Positions 35,139-46,950 of a stretch of DNA of 64,000 nucleotides are shown piece after piece. Origin of the DNA: Marsupella aquatica (Eukaryota; Plantae; Marchantiophyta). The notes beneath the pieces were generated by a model. The model did not search any database. It worked only from the letters and a program-made list of their open reading frames with translations, and was not told the DNA's origin. The stretch is taken from the NCBI GenBank assembly GCA_973895155.1, contig OZ316899.1:2317573-2381572 (forward strand), in the 5' to 3' direction. The translations under genes were made by a program, and so were the position numbers. Numbering within the stretch: the stretch's first letter is position 1; each line of letters begins with the position of its first letter.

Positions 35139-35362
35139 GCTTGCTTTAATCGAAGAAAACCAAAGGATAAGTACGCATTATGGCAAGATTTAGTCAGAGC
35201 GACGCACCGAGGCAAGTGGAGTTCTTCACAAGAGATTGCGTACCCATGGCACTACAAGAGTAAGGGAGCAAGGAACGCAGACTCCAAAGGTTAGTATGAC
35301 CGTTATAGCCCTTGGATTCTGGACCTTGGTTGGGGGAAGTAGGCTGTGCGCCCCTTTAAAGG

Positions 35363-37591
35363 TGTCACACATGGATGTTAGTTAATTTTGGAGCTTATTA
35401 AGACTTATAGTTACCTCTTTGTGTGTAATTTTAGTGTAGTTGAAGGCTTTAGCATTGGTCTACTTTGAACCTAGAAGATTGAATGAGAAGTTAATAGGTA
35501 TAGTTTTAAGGTAGAGTAGTCTTTTGTGACATTTTAATCAAATCTTTGTAGGTCATGAAAAACTCTGATTTTTTGGTGAGTAGATAGAGTTTTAGATAGA
35601 GAAGTCTACCCTACAAATTTTAGGCAAACGAATGTGTGGTTAGGAAGTTAGGATCATTACCATCTCGCGAGTTAACACTTTGGCTCTTTAACACTTGGAA
35701 TAATTTTCTATTTTTTGTGATTTTATACTATATTGACATCTTTCAGTATTTTATTGGTAGACTTAGATTAGTCCAAGAAGTCTGAAAATTTGCCACAGGG
35801 TAGATTATATGTAGTAGAAGGCACTGGAAACATTTTGGTGCAAACAGAGTTCAAGTTAGATTTAAAAAAAATCACAAAGAATAGGTGTCTAATAGTTTTG
35901 CCGCGGAACCGCTAGGCCGCTAAGTCGTTTAGCCGTTTTGTCGCGTGTTGATCAGGAGGGTACTCTTGAGTGAAAATGGGGTAATCAAATATAGTTGGAA
36001 AATAGATGACTGGGGTAATCTAAAATTTGGACAGGGTAAGCTAAAGTCGAGGAGGGTACTCTAAAATCAACTAGGGTACTCTAATGTGGACGAGGGTAAT
36101 CATATACACACGGGAAGTGGCACCTAGGGTAATCTAAATTGCCCAAGATATTATATTATGTTGGGATACTCTAAAAACATAGAGGGTATTCAACAGAAGG
36201 AAAGAAAAGGAAAAGAGTAATCAAAGGAGTAAAGAAAATTTAGAGAATTATTTAGTCGGTGATCAGCCTGATTGAGGCATGGAATTAGGTAGGAATGAGT
36301 ACTCCATCAACAATTGTTTGATGAAATATGGTGGATTAGGTGGTCATCAGCTGCAGGCAACAAAGTGAAGCAATCGTGGCCTGGAAAGACAAGTTGAATT
36401 GGAGAGGCAATGTCAAATTACAAGTCGTCGAAGTTGAAATTCACGGAAAATGAATGGTAGGAAAAATAAGCAACACCAAATATTTTCTGGAGCCACATTT
36501 ACTTGACCAAATTGGCTAAAATTTGGTGTGAAGATAGAAGGGAAGTAGGCGCACATTCTGGAAAAGTATGAGCACCAACCAAGGTCTGGTTGGTGAGAAA
36601 AAAATCAGATGCTGGAGGGGGGTATGCAGCTCTTTATCTTTTGCTGCAAATCGAATTCCACATAGTCATCACACGAATGCGGCTATGGTCCATTGATTGG
36701 TGAAAAGATGGTGATTGTGATTAGTTGGGATTGTGAAACACATGAGGAAGAAAGTGGGAGGTTGGAAAGGAAGGTCAAAATGGAGTTGGGAGTTCCAATC
36801 GTAAGTCGCCGATACTGAGCTTTAAAGGGATCGAGTACCTGGATACCTTGTGCTCAAGCCGGTTGATTTCCTAGATGTTTGATATGCTTTTTGTGGTGTG
36901 TTGCTATTCATCTTTGGTGTCCCATTGGCCAGAGTTACCCCTAGGAGTGACACTCTACTTTCTAGAGTCGGGAGGTGATTTTTGACCAGGGGAGCTGCTA
37001 AAGTCTTATGCTTGAGATTGTGTTGTAGTCGGGACCTATGGGCTCAGCCCCTAGTTCCATTCTACAAACCAATTGATGGTAAGAATAGCAGCATAACAAC
37101 GACAGAACTTATGGGGTACCCAATAGGGTTTTTCTCAGTGATCCGTTGGTTTGTTGTCGGAACATAAGATCAACTAAAAGCTGTGGTGTGACTTCAGGTT
37201 CTCCCTGGTCTGGGCAGTACACCTTGGCATCATATTGGCGATTCCTTATGAAGCCTTGGTGCCTCTAGTTGTGAGATTTTTAGTAGGGGCTTGCTTGCAG
37301 GTTTTCTCTAGCTACCCTACTTGAAGCATATTAGTAAAATCCGCACTCTCATAGGGAGGGAGTCCTTGTGAAGAGTTAGGTTGTTTTTGTCATTGTAGTC
37401 TATTGTTTTGAAGTGGAGAAAGCTCTCCAGCCTCTTGGAAGATAGAGGTGAGGTTTTGTTGGTTCTAAAGAGTATTTCCATCTGTCCTCCGCTTGCGGTC
37501 CCACCCTAAGCTCTCCCATGGGAACGAACTGGTAGAGATAGCAATATCTTTGCTTGGGTTGTGTGCTACCCATGAGTTACCCTTCACAACA
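35363..37591. repeat. possible solo LTR (~2.2 kb)
   Basis: TGTCAC...CACAACA termini, noncoding, and a 3' end similar to that of LTR 7647-9196 (TGTGCTA..CAACA). No TSD was found. Confidence 0.35.
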
Positions 37592-37851
37592 TAGGCGCTA
37601 AGCTCTCAAAGACTTACTGGTACTCATGTCCCAAGAAGGCCAACTACAAACAAAGGTACACAAAATTGGTGATTAAGTAGCATAGATTAACTGTGAGAAG
37701 GTTGCGCTCACCAAGGACTCCAGCTACAACAACTTACAAGACTACATTACCAAGCTATATATCAACAAACAAGGATTCAGGTCGATAGTTGAGACAATCC
37801 TTGTAGTCCTTGCAAAGTACTTTAAGCTTCAGGGCTGCCAAAAGCTAACTC

Positions 37852-38528
37852 ATGTCTATTGAACTCTGGATTCAGGATAAGGAGTACACGTCCCAACACT
37901 TCAAACCGGAGGGCAAAACAGACAATAGGTACAAGCAAGGTTCATGTACCAACTTGGCCTGTATGGAGTGTTTGAACTTCAAACGGACTACCCTGCACAT
38001 GATTGAACCTCACTCCAAGATCTCCCTTTGCACAATTATGTAGGTGGAGCATTGCAAATGGTGGAACTGGGCCCAGTTCTTTAGCCACCGGTTCTTGGGA
38101 GAGCTTAAGTGGGCTAAGTTGGGCCTGCCTATTGGTGGAAAGACCTACCTGGGAAGTTATATTGCAATCATCCTAGGTTGGTATGAACAACGACGCAAGG
38201 TCCAAGGGAAGAATATGGCCACCTTGGCCTTAGCAGACGCCAACCCCGCCCCCAATAGTGGTGCAAGTGCCCTGGCCACCACTGCTTGGGTAAACCCCAA
38301 CCCCACTCCATCCAACTTGCTCCCTCGTCATCTACTCCATTCGGAACCACTGTGAGCAATGGACTACCACAACCAACCCCTGTTGTTGAGCCCCCGTTGC
38401 CCCCAACGCAACCACCTCCAATCCCTTTGCCGCCTGAGAAACCCATTCCTTCTCCGGTGCGGACTATGGAGGAAGCAGCTGCCCCAGTTGTGGATGCACG
38501 TTTGCCCAAGACTGTGGAGGAGTACTGA
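37852..38528 (+). pseudogene. fragment homologous to ORF 57493-59310
   Basis: LNFKRTTLHMIEPHSKIS / WNWAQFF...IGGKTYLGSYIAIILGWY versus LEFQRYALHMMEPRGEIS / RKWASYF...IGGKAYFASHIEIILEWY. Confidence 0.75.
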
Positions 38529-41303
38529 GTAGTTCTCGGTACCTTAGCTCACAACCTGGTCCAAAAGTTTAGTCAGGACCTGTCAGGATATATTGGGCAA
38601 CAAGTTGCTACTTACTTCCCACCGGCCTTTTTTATGGTAGACCATCACATGTAGTATCATATTAGGGACATAAATTAACACTTAAGGTCCAAAACACGGT
38701 ATTCGATCCCATGGAAGAACATGTAAGGAATGATTTTCTATTGTTTAACACTTATGAATGACTAAGGTAACAAAAACACATATTTGAGCCTTTTACTATG
38801 GTTGCTCAGCAAGGCATAGATTTGAATGTTTGCTTAACATTGTAAATAAAATAATAAAATGGAATCAATTAACAAAACACAATGAAAATTTTGAGGTATG
38901 GTGAGGGAGTTAAGAAACAACCAAGGTCACTCCTCAACATAACTTCATTTGATGTGATTTAGGTGGTATATCCGTAAGAGCATTTTTGGAAAGGATTACG
39001 GTACTAGGATGATCACTAAAATGCCGTCAACATGTCTCAACTTTTCCTTCCAAGGTACTTAGTGGAGACTAGTAATCAGTCATTTCTGTATCCAATCGGT
39101 ACTTTGTGTCACGAACAAGAGACACCATCATCATCAAATTTGAAGTCATAAGTCATTGGAAATTAATCTTCCTTAGCATCCCATGCTCAAGCAAGGTCAT
39201 GCCAACAACTATGCATCAAGAACTTTTAGAATTATGTAGATCTCACCAATTAAGGAATCTACTTCTACACATTCCAAAGATTTGACATCAGTCTTACAAA
39301 GTTTTACTTCTTTGCTTTGCATTTTGAAATATCCAAATGCAAGGAAGGGAGAAGAAATTCTTTGCATTAAGTCACTCTGAAGCCCCTTGTGCTGCAATCT
39401 GCAACAACAGGTTTACATAATTTAGCTTTTAACTACATTGCCACTAAAGATGTGGCAAATTACAATACTGCCACTATTTTTAATATATATATAATATTGC
39501 CACCCTTTTCGTATGTGGTTCCTTGGGACTACTCGAGTTAACCCACGGTTGATATATCTCACCCTCATAGGCTGAATAATCCGTCAGGTCTGTTAATGGT
39601 GAAGTTTTCGTCCAATGTTCAGCCAGACTCTCCCTCCCGGAGTGCGCAAGACTGTTGTTCATGCATAGTCTGCAGTTTGGCAAGACATTTCAACACAGCA
39701 TAGAAATTAGTGGGAATCACCCTAGCAGACTTCGAATAAGCATGGCTGCAAGCAGAATGTTCATGGTCGGGTTGGAATGAAGGATGAGTGCAAAGTCACT
39801 ACGCACAGGCCCTGAGTGTCATCGCCAGCTGTTTTAGTCCCGGGATTTAGTAATGATGCTTCAATCCTTCTTGCTGCCTTGCAATCGCACCCTAGAGAAC
39901 AAAAAATGTGTCTACATTTTGCTCTGTCAAAAATGCTGCTGACTAGCTAAATCGCACATTCATCACGTGTTTAGTGGAAGGAAGCAGGCCAAAGTGGTTA
40001 GGCGAGTGAAGTTTAGTGATCGCGAGCTGAAGATGGATCATAGTGAGGACACAGATACCTGCAGTTGCATTTGAAGCCGTTATGAGAAAATTGGCTATGC
40101 CCTGGATGTCTTCAAGGCTAAGGTATTAAACTATCCCGTACTATAATGGCATTGATGCAAGGTCTTTGGTAGGTCCCTTCTCGATAGGCAATCTTAGTGT
40201 TTCAGTACGTAGGCAACATTCACATTCCAACATCAAAACTAATATTGTCGACACGAACACTACATGAGTTCAGTTCCGGCCTTCTTCAGTCTGATTGGAA
40301 GCCTTTGTCTTTTGCGGAAGTGGGAACGGAAGCATTACCCCAGCACTCTATTGCACACAAAAGTTGACTTGGAAATGTTTTCAGTCATTTCCACAGCTCA
40401 ACATCGACTCTGCTAGTGTACCTATCTCAACTTAGTACCCCTTAAATTCAGTTCCCTGACTTTGGAGATTGAGTTGGGAGATTCCTTGCTCCGATAATGT
40501 TCTATACACTGAGGACATCTGTTTGAGCATTTTATCTTTCCTATCAGATTTCTCAAGGCATCAGTTTATTATCACTAGTACATTTTTGCTCATTTTCCGA
40601 TGCTCCCGCTGAAACATGAAACAGGCGTCCGATGGCCGGAGTTACGCAAACTTTTGTTTACAAAAGTATCGGAACTTGCGATCCCCACAGCTTCGGAAAC
40701 CCTTTGTCTGATTCCCAAAACATCGGACATCATTTGCGATACTCCTAATATAGGAACATATCCGATGTCTTGACTATCGGACCCCTCTTCTAAAAATTGT
40801 TACTAAGTTTCCGATCCCTGAAGTATCGCATTCAATGTCCAATTTAGTAAAGAACGGAAATATTGCGATGAAAAATGTATTGCTTAGTGCTTCCGATGGG
40901 TTGGGTATCGCAAATGTTTTCCAAAGTAGTGTTTATCACAAATAATTCTGATGCTACACGTATCGGAAATGGAGTCCGAAAGGGTTTAAATCGGATAACT
41001 GTGGTTTGAGGTCAAGATTTGAACAAGGAGGTCTTCCGATGGGCTTCCGTTGTTTTAAGCATGGGAAATGGTATCGGGAATAAATGGACGTGACTCAAAT
41101 GCATATATTACTTAGGTATTGCAATTTGGATTGTGTCAAGGGACTATATACAGCTGTATCCAAAATTATATCCAACCAATGAATCTTTGGGCACGTGTGA
41201 AATGACATGACAAAATGTATATACTATCCATGAAGATAAAACATATAGGGGTTTTACCTAGGTCGCATCTATTGTAATGAGGGGTCCAAATCCTCTACTA
41301 CAA

Positions 41304-44300
41304 CTACACTTGGCTTGTCTTGAACAATGGATCATGAGCGAGGGATGTAAGGCATAACAATAGACCACTCTGGGTCATTTGGATAAGGAAGATAGAAAGA
41401 TTGCTCCAAATGATGGGAAATGCAAATGGATCTGAGGTTCTCCAATTGGAACTAATGACACTAGTTGCACTGGTCTTCAATCGTGTTAACCCACATGCAT
41501 CTTCCTCACAGGTCCGATTATGGCCAACAAGATTCATCCGAAACCATTTGCACTTGAACACCACCTCCTCCAAGGTTGTATGGGCATGATAATTTACGAT
41601 AAGAATCTCCACTATCTTCCCATAGTGGGCCACAGTTGAACGTATTGGATTTCGGTCAGAAGTGCTACTTTGTGACTCTTGGGTGAACCACCCCATCACC
41701 CCACAATCTCGTGTTGCTGCTCTCTTCATATCAAGATGTTGGATTCAAAAATGCCTCCCCTTTGACCACATGGCTGTTTGAGTCGTGACCGTGAGTAATG
41801 GACCATGAACAAGGGTGCGCATGTCATTGGTGACCTTCGGAAAGTGCAAAACACTCTCACCCTGACCCAACAAGGCATCAATCTCTGTCAACTTCTCCTT
41901 CATATATGGGAGAAACTTGGGGAAGAGGCGTGGCCGACGACTATTACTCTTCTCCTCCTCATAAAATGCAGTCCACTCCCTTGCAATCTCTGGTGAGTTA
42001 TACAACATGAATGTGGTGAGTTGCAGACGTTCAGCAGAGCCTAGTAGTCGTTCTCCCTTTGCTCCAGTGAGTTTATCCTCCTCATAATCTGCCTCTCGTG
42101 CTGACTCATCTATCCAAACCCCTTGGAGCATTTGGATCAAGTGCTCGATCAAGTGTAGCCACAATGTTCGTACAATAGAACATACTCTCTGCTCCAAGGT
42201 GACGTTCGGCAATGCTACCTTCCACCCTAGCACGGTTTGATACATATGATTTCATGACTCCCATGAATCGCTCTACCCAATACATCCAACAACAATGTAC
42301 TGGGCCTGCAATGGCTACTTCACGCACTAGATGTACAAGAAAATGAACTTGACCATCAAAGAAGGAAGGAGGGAGTGCTCGCTCCAACTTGCACACAACC
42401 TCCACTCCAAATACCTCCATGGCAGCAATCTCTCCCTCGTTGACCTCCTTTTGACAAACCCATCTCAACAATCTACCCAATGACCAAAGTGCATCCCGAA
42501 GATCCTCGCTGCCCAATCCAATAAGAGCAACTGGAATAACGTGCTGCAATAGACGATGATAATCGTGGGTCTTCAAGAAAGTTGGCCATTTTGGAGAGTC
42601 ATCTCCACCAAATGCCTTGCAAAGATTGGCACCATACCCTGTAGGAAACCGCATTGACCCTATCCGCTTGCGAAACTCTATTCGCTCACTCCTTTTGAAA
42701 ACCCATGGGGGATGGATAGTAAGGGGAGGGTCAGGGTCCATAGATGGCCAAAAACCATGTAGGCCATGCATCCCCATCTCCTCACAACTCTCCCTCCAAT
42801 TGTTGTTTTTCTCTCCATATAGATGGCGGATCAATGACCTCCCAACATTCCCCTCAATATGCATAGGGTCCAATAGATGATTTATTGGCATGTGTTCCCA
42901 ATATGGAAGTTGTGCCAATGCAGACAAACGGGTCATGCCACATCTAGCCAAGGGTAATGGGTCATCTGGATCAGTCACCCTCTCCCATACCTCCTTCCAA
43001 TATATTGGGTCCTTTGGTAAAGGCTGAGGTCTTGTGTCTGGCTGGCCCTCATCCGTGTCATACAAAAATGGATCATACCTCCAGTCATGCCCCTCAGGAA
43101 GATACTTTGTGTGACCAATGTAAACTATCTTCCGCAGGGTGGTAGACTTTGGGCGCGCCACTCCCTCCAAGTCTGGTCCACAAGTCGGGCAAGCACGATA
43201 TCCAGAAGTTTGCAAGCCAGAAATATATCCAAACCCTTCACAAACAATGGTCACAAATTAAAACCCATTAAGTTTTGAAACCAAACCAAAGGGAACAAAA
43301 TAAACAGAATGATATATATATATATGGGTAGCTGCACAAGCCATACTTAATTTATAAAGAGTTGGGTACTTGGAAGATCATGCATGGTCCACATAAGAAT
43401 GGCTTTGAGCTGAAACTCACGGGGTAAGCCCCCTGCATGCACTCGACCATCATAGCAATCCACTCCCCCCCAAAGTTTTTGTAGCTCCTCAATCAACGAT
43501 TGCAAGTATACATCAATCTTCTTCACTTGCTTAGGGCCAGGAATAATCATAGATAGGAGCAAATGACCCTTCTTCATGGCCATCCATGGTGGGATGTTGT
43601 AGTTAGTGAGGACTACTGGCCATACAGAGTATGGTTTGGCCTTGCCAGCCAGTGCAAATGGGCTAATGCCGTCTGATGCCAAACCAAGGCAAACATGACG
43701 AGGGTCAGTCTTGAACTCACCCCAACGCTCTTCCACAAATCTGTTTGCAGGAGAGTCAACCATCATGCGCATGGTTGGATCCTGAGTAGTGTCTGAACGG
43801 TGTTGGGAATGCCATACCATATACTTAGCCAACTCTGCGCATCGAAACTGGTGACGCAAACGAGGAATAAGGGGAAAGTACCTCATAACCTCTTGAGGTA
43901 CTCTTCCTGTCAACATATCCTCACGATATCTTGGTGCGTTGCACATAGGACATGTAAGAGCATTTGAGTGCTCCTTCCTGAACAAAACACAATCATTCAC
44001 ACAAGCATGTATGACCTCATACTTGAGGCCTATGGACTTCAACACTTTCTTTGCCTCTTTCCATGATGCTGGCAAGTTGTTCCCCTCTGGTAACATACGA
44101 TCATGCAATGTCCTGAAAATATCATCAAGAAGCAAGTTGCTTGCTCCATGTCTTTGCTGCAAGTTCAGTAATAACATGATTGCTGAAAGACAAGATAATC
44201 TAGACCCCTCAAAAAGACGAGTCCATGCATGCTCTTGAGCCTCCTCCCACTGGTGCGAGTGTGGATTCCGTGAAGGAGTATGCCTATGAGGAGGAGGTAA

Positions 44301-44483
44301 GTCAATGTCCTCCCTGTCACCCGGGTCATGATCACCCCGGGGATCACCCTCATCTGCATCCATGAATTGGTGCATCAACTCATCCATAGCCCGGTCCTCA
44401 TCCACTCTTTCTTGGGTAGCATTAGGTAGTTCATGTGGAAGGTCCATATCCTCAAAAGGTTGACCCCCTTGCCTACCATCCAT
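41304..44483 (-). CDS. CACTA TnpD-type transposase (Transposase_21 with DUF4218- and DUF4216-like regions), spliced, probably partly frameshifted
   Basis: IHACVNDC, YFPLIPRL, DPRHVCLGLASDGISPF, WPVVLTNYNIPPW, MHDLP, CPTC, LDPMHIEGNV, KTHDYH, FFDGQVH..VHL...GPV...WMYWVERFM and YGKIVEI...FKCKWF. Confidence 0.93.
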
Positions 44484-44720
44484 GGCCTGAGGAGATGTTG
44501 TCGCACAGCTCGTGATAATACCTCAATATCTGGCTGAACAAATGCATTCTATCATACACAAAAGAAAACAATGAGAATGATATAAGTCCAGGTCTCTCAA
44601 CCAACAATTGAGACATCCATATATGAATGAGTCAAAAGACTCCATAGCTCTTGAAACCAATTAGAGAATGACTCAAATAATATTTTTATAAAAGTGAACA
44701 TATACACATGTTTGTATGTG

Positions 44721-45623
44721 CTATGAAGGACGACCACGTATGGCCATCTTAGGCGCGTTCCAATCATAGTCACAAAAGAGTTCCTCACCAGCCCTAATAG
44801 TCCTAATGGCTATAGTCATAACATGGTCATCCATATGCTTGACATAGTAAGGTGGTGGCGGTGCCCCCAAAATCTGAACCCACTCTACATTTGGTTGAAG
44901 TCCTCGTCCTCTCCCTTTGGTACTATTGATATACCCAGCAATGTTATCACATCGCATAGGATCACCATCAATCATCCTACAATGCCAAGGCCTCTTGAGG
45001 ACCTCATCCGGATCAAAATCCATTTGCAATGCATACACTCCCCATGATGGTTGTTGCCGCAAAATAATGTTCCAATTCTTGGCAGTGTATATAGGGCCAA
45101 TGTAAGGAAATAAGTGTTCCCCATCATAACCTCTTCGCCATGGCTTTGGATGGACCACAATGTCCTCCAAAGCAAATAACCCAAATCCTACATCAACACC
45201 AAGCGAAGATGACTGCACTATCCAATGACGGCCCCATATCTCTATAGGGGCATTAGTGGGTATGCCTTGAGGGATTTTGAATATCTCAGACGAGAAGTCC
45301 TTCACAAGAGGCAACGCCTTTCCAGTGAGATATGAAAATCCCAACCTACCCTCCACTACCACATAACCCTCACCTGGCTTCATCATAGGCGGACCTACCA
45401 AGTTTGGGTCTTGAGACTCACGAGTGCCCAATGGTTTGTAATGTCTCCTATGCCTATGGGAGCGTGGGCGGGTGCGTAAAACCCTAGATGGAGGTACCTC
45501 CAGGTCACCTTGCTCAATGTCCTCCACCCTTGCTACAGGTACACTCCCGCCCTCACCATTGGGGCGCGGGGCAGGAGGAGGGGGTGTAGATGTTGATGCA
45601 AGCATCCGTCTTGCACTAGCCAT
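44721..45623 (-). CDS. SET-domain protein (putative lysine methyltransferase) carried by the CACTA element
   Basis: GFGLFALEDI ... FPYIGPIY ... YALQM ... MIDGDP..DNIAGYINS ... PNV ... AIRTIRAGEELFCDY. All SET blocks are in order in an intact 300-aa ORF; there is no post-SET Cys cluster. Confidence 0.9.
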   Translation of the reverse strand: MASARRMLASTSTPPPPAPRPNGEGGSVPVARVEDIEQGDLEVPPSRVLRTRPRSHRHRRHYKPLGTRESQDPNLVGPPMMKPGEGYVVVEGRLGFSYLTGKALPLVKDFSSEIFKIPQGIPTNAPIEIWGRHWIVQSSSLGVDVGFGLFALEDIVVHPKPWRRGYDGEHLFPYIGPIYTAKNWNIILRQQPSWGVYALQMDFDPDEVLKRPWHCRMIDGDPMRCDNIAGYINSTKGRGRGLQPNVEWVQILGAPPPPYYVKHMDDHVMTIAIRTIRAGEELFCDYDWNAPKMAIRGRPS

Positions 45624-45779
45624 AGCTCTTTAGAGATCAATGGAGGAGGGGGCCTACGGGGCACCTATTCATTCAAAAAAAATCCAAAATTAATAAATAT
45701 ATGATGATAGTGGCCATGATTGTAAGTGGAAAATTATGTTTCCTTCAAAATGTGTGGGGTGAGAGTATGGGGTGCATAC

Positions 45780-46018
45780 CTGGCGAGCTGAATGTCCTGG
45801 TAAATCAGTTGGTGTTGCCCATAATTCTCAATATGCTCAATACACTCCCAAGCTTGACGAACCACCATTCCCTTACATCGCACACACCAACATGGAATGG
45901 GGCCTAGAGGAGGAGGAGGATGATGCGGCCTCGGAGGGGGGGGGGGGGGAGGAATGTCCCCCTCAGAAGATGATGAGTCTGAGTCAGAATCTGACTCGGA
46001 ACTCCCAGAATTTGACAT
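45780..46018 (-). CDS. 5' exon with a CACTA transposase-associated-domain-like motif
   Basis: IPCWCVRCKG...WECIEHIENYG resembles CPC..C.......HL...G. An acceptor AG lies just before the ATG (46018) and a donor AG|GTATG at 45780/45779. Confidence 0.6.
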
Positions 46019-46950
46019 CTGCCCATCAATGTGAAAATGAATCACATGTCAAAAATCTTTCCCACCCATATTAAGTACCCTAAATACAATATGTCAAGAT
46101 TGGAACCTAGTTTACACTAAGCAAATAATTAAAAATAATGACTGTGCATCTTACCTAAATGATATCCGCGCTGAACAATGCCTACTAGGATCTTGGCCTT
46201 AGAATATATGCTAAGACAATATCCAAAATGTCTGCACAATTAAAGGAATACCATCAGAATTTATCTATACATATGTCCCCATAGAATCATATCCACTATA
46301 TATTGTGGCCATCAATGAAAAAAGTTTAGCCAAATATATACTTAAAGTGCTCACCTCCAAATGATAAAGGGAGTACATCATACCTTTCGGATGCACGGCC
46401 TATCGCGATGCATAATGCATTGCAAAAATGCACCTACAAAAATACAAACAAAGAGAACGACCCAACCCTCCGCAAAAAAATACTGCACAATACACGCACA
46501 TGAGGTTAACTTTGTTTGGCCCCCAAAATTAAATCCACATACAAGGTGGAAAAATTTGTCAAAACTTTTAATGTGAGTGGATCAATGATCATACCATTCA
46601 ACCCCAAAAGTATGTTGTCATAAGGGGGACATTACCGCACCTATAACCGACTTTTATTCAAGAACCCCACCGCCCAAACAAAATCCGGCTACTCAACCAG
46701 GCCTACAATTACAATGCAAGTTTTCACATCAACTAAACTTACATTTCCTTACCACATCCCCAGCCCCCCCATTGACTAACTTATTATAAATCCATCCTTA
46801 AAGGCATAAAAAATAACGGACAAGCTAAGTCCAATCATATTGGAAGAGGGGTCCGATACTTTAAGCATCGCTATTTCCGATCCCGTTTTTGATAGTTGAA
46901 GTATCGGATGTTCCGATTCTTAAAAAGTCGGATGGAGGGCACAATAGGGT

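Noticed and set aside
35363-37591. Confident solo LTR with a PBS-like TAGGCGCTAAG after it
   Set aside because: The flanks (AAAGG versus TAGGC) do not form a TSD and the PBS match is imperfect; listed only at low confidence.
44483-46018. Proven SET-transposase fusion protein (SETMAR-like)
   Set aside because: The splice sites I could identify do not give a continuous frame: there are stops just upstream of both the SET ATG and the Transposase_21 ATG. It is kept only as a hypothesis.
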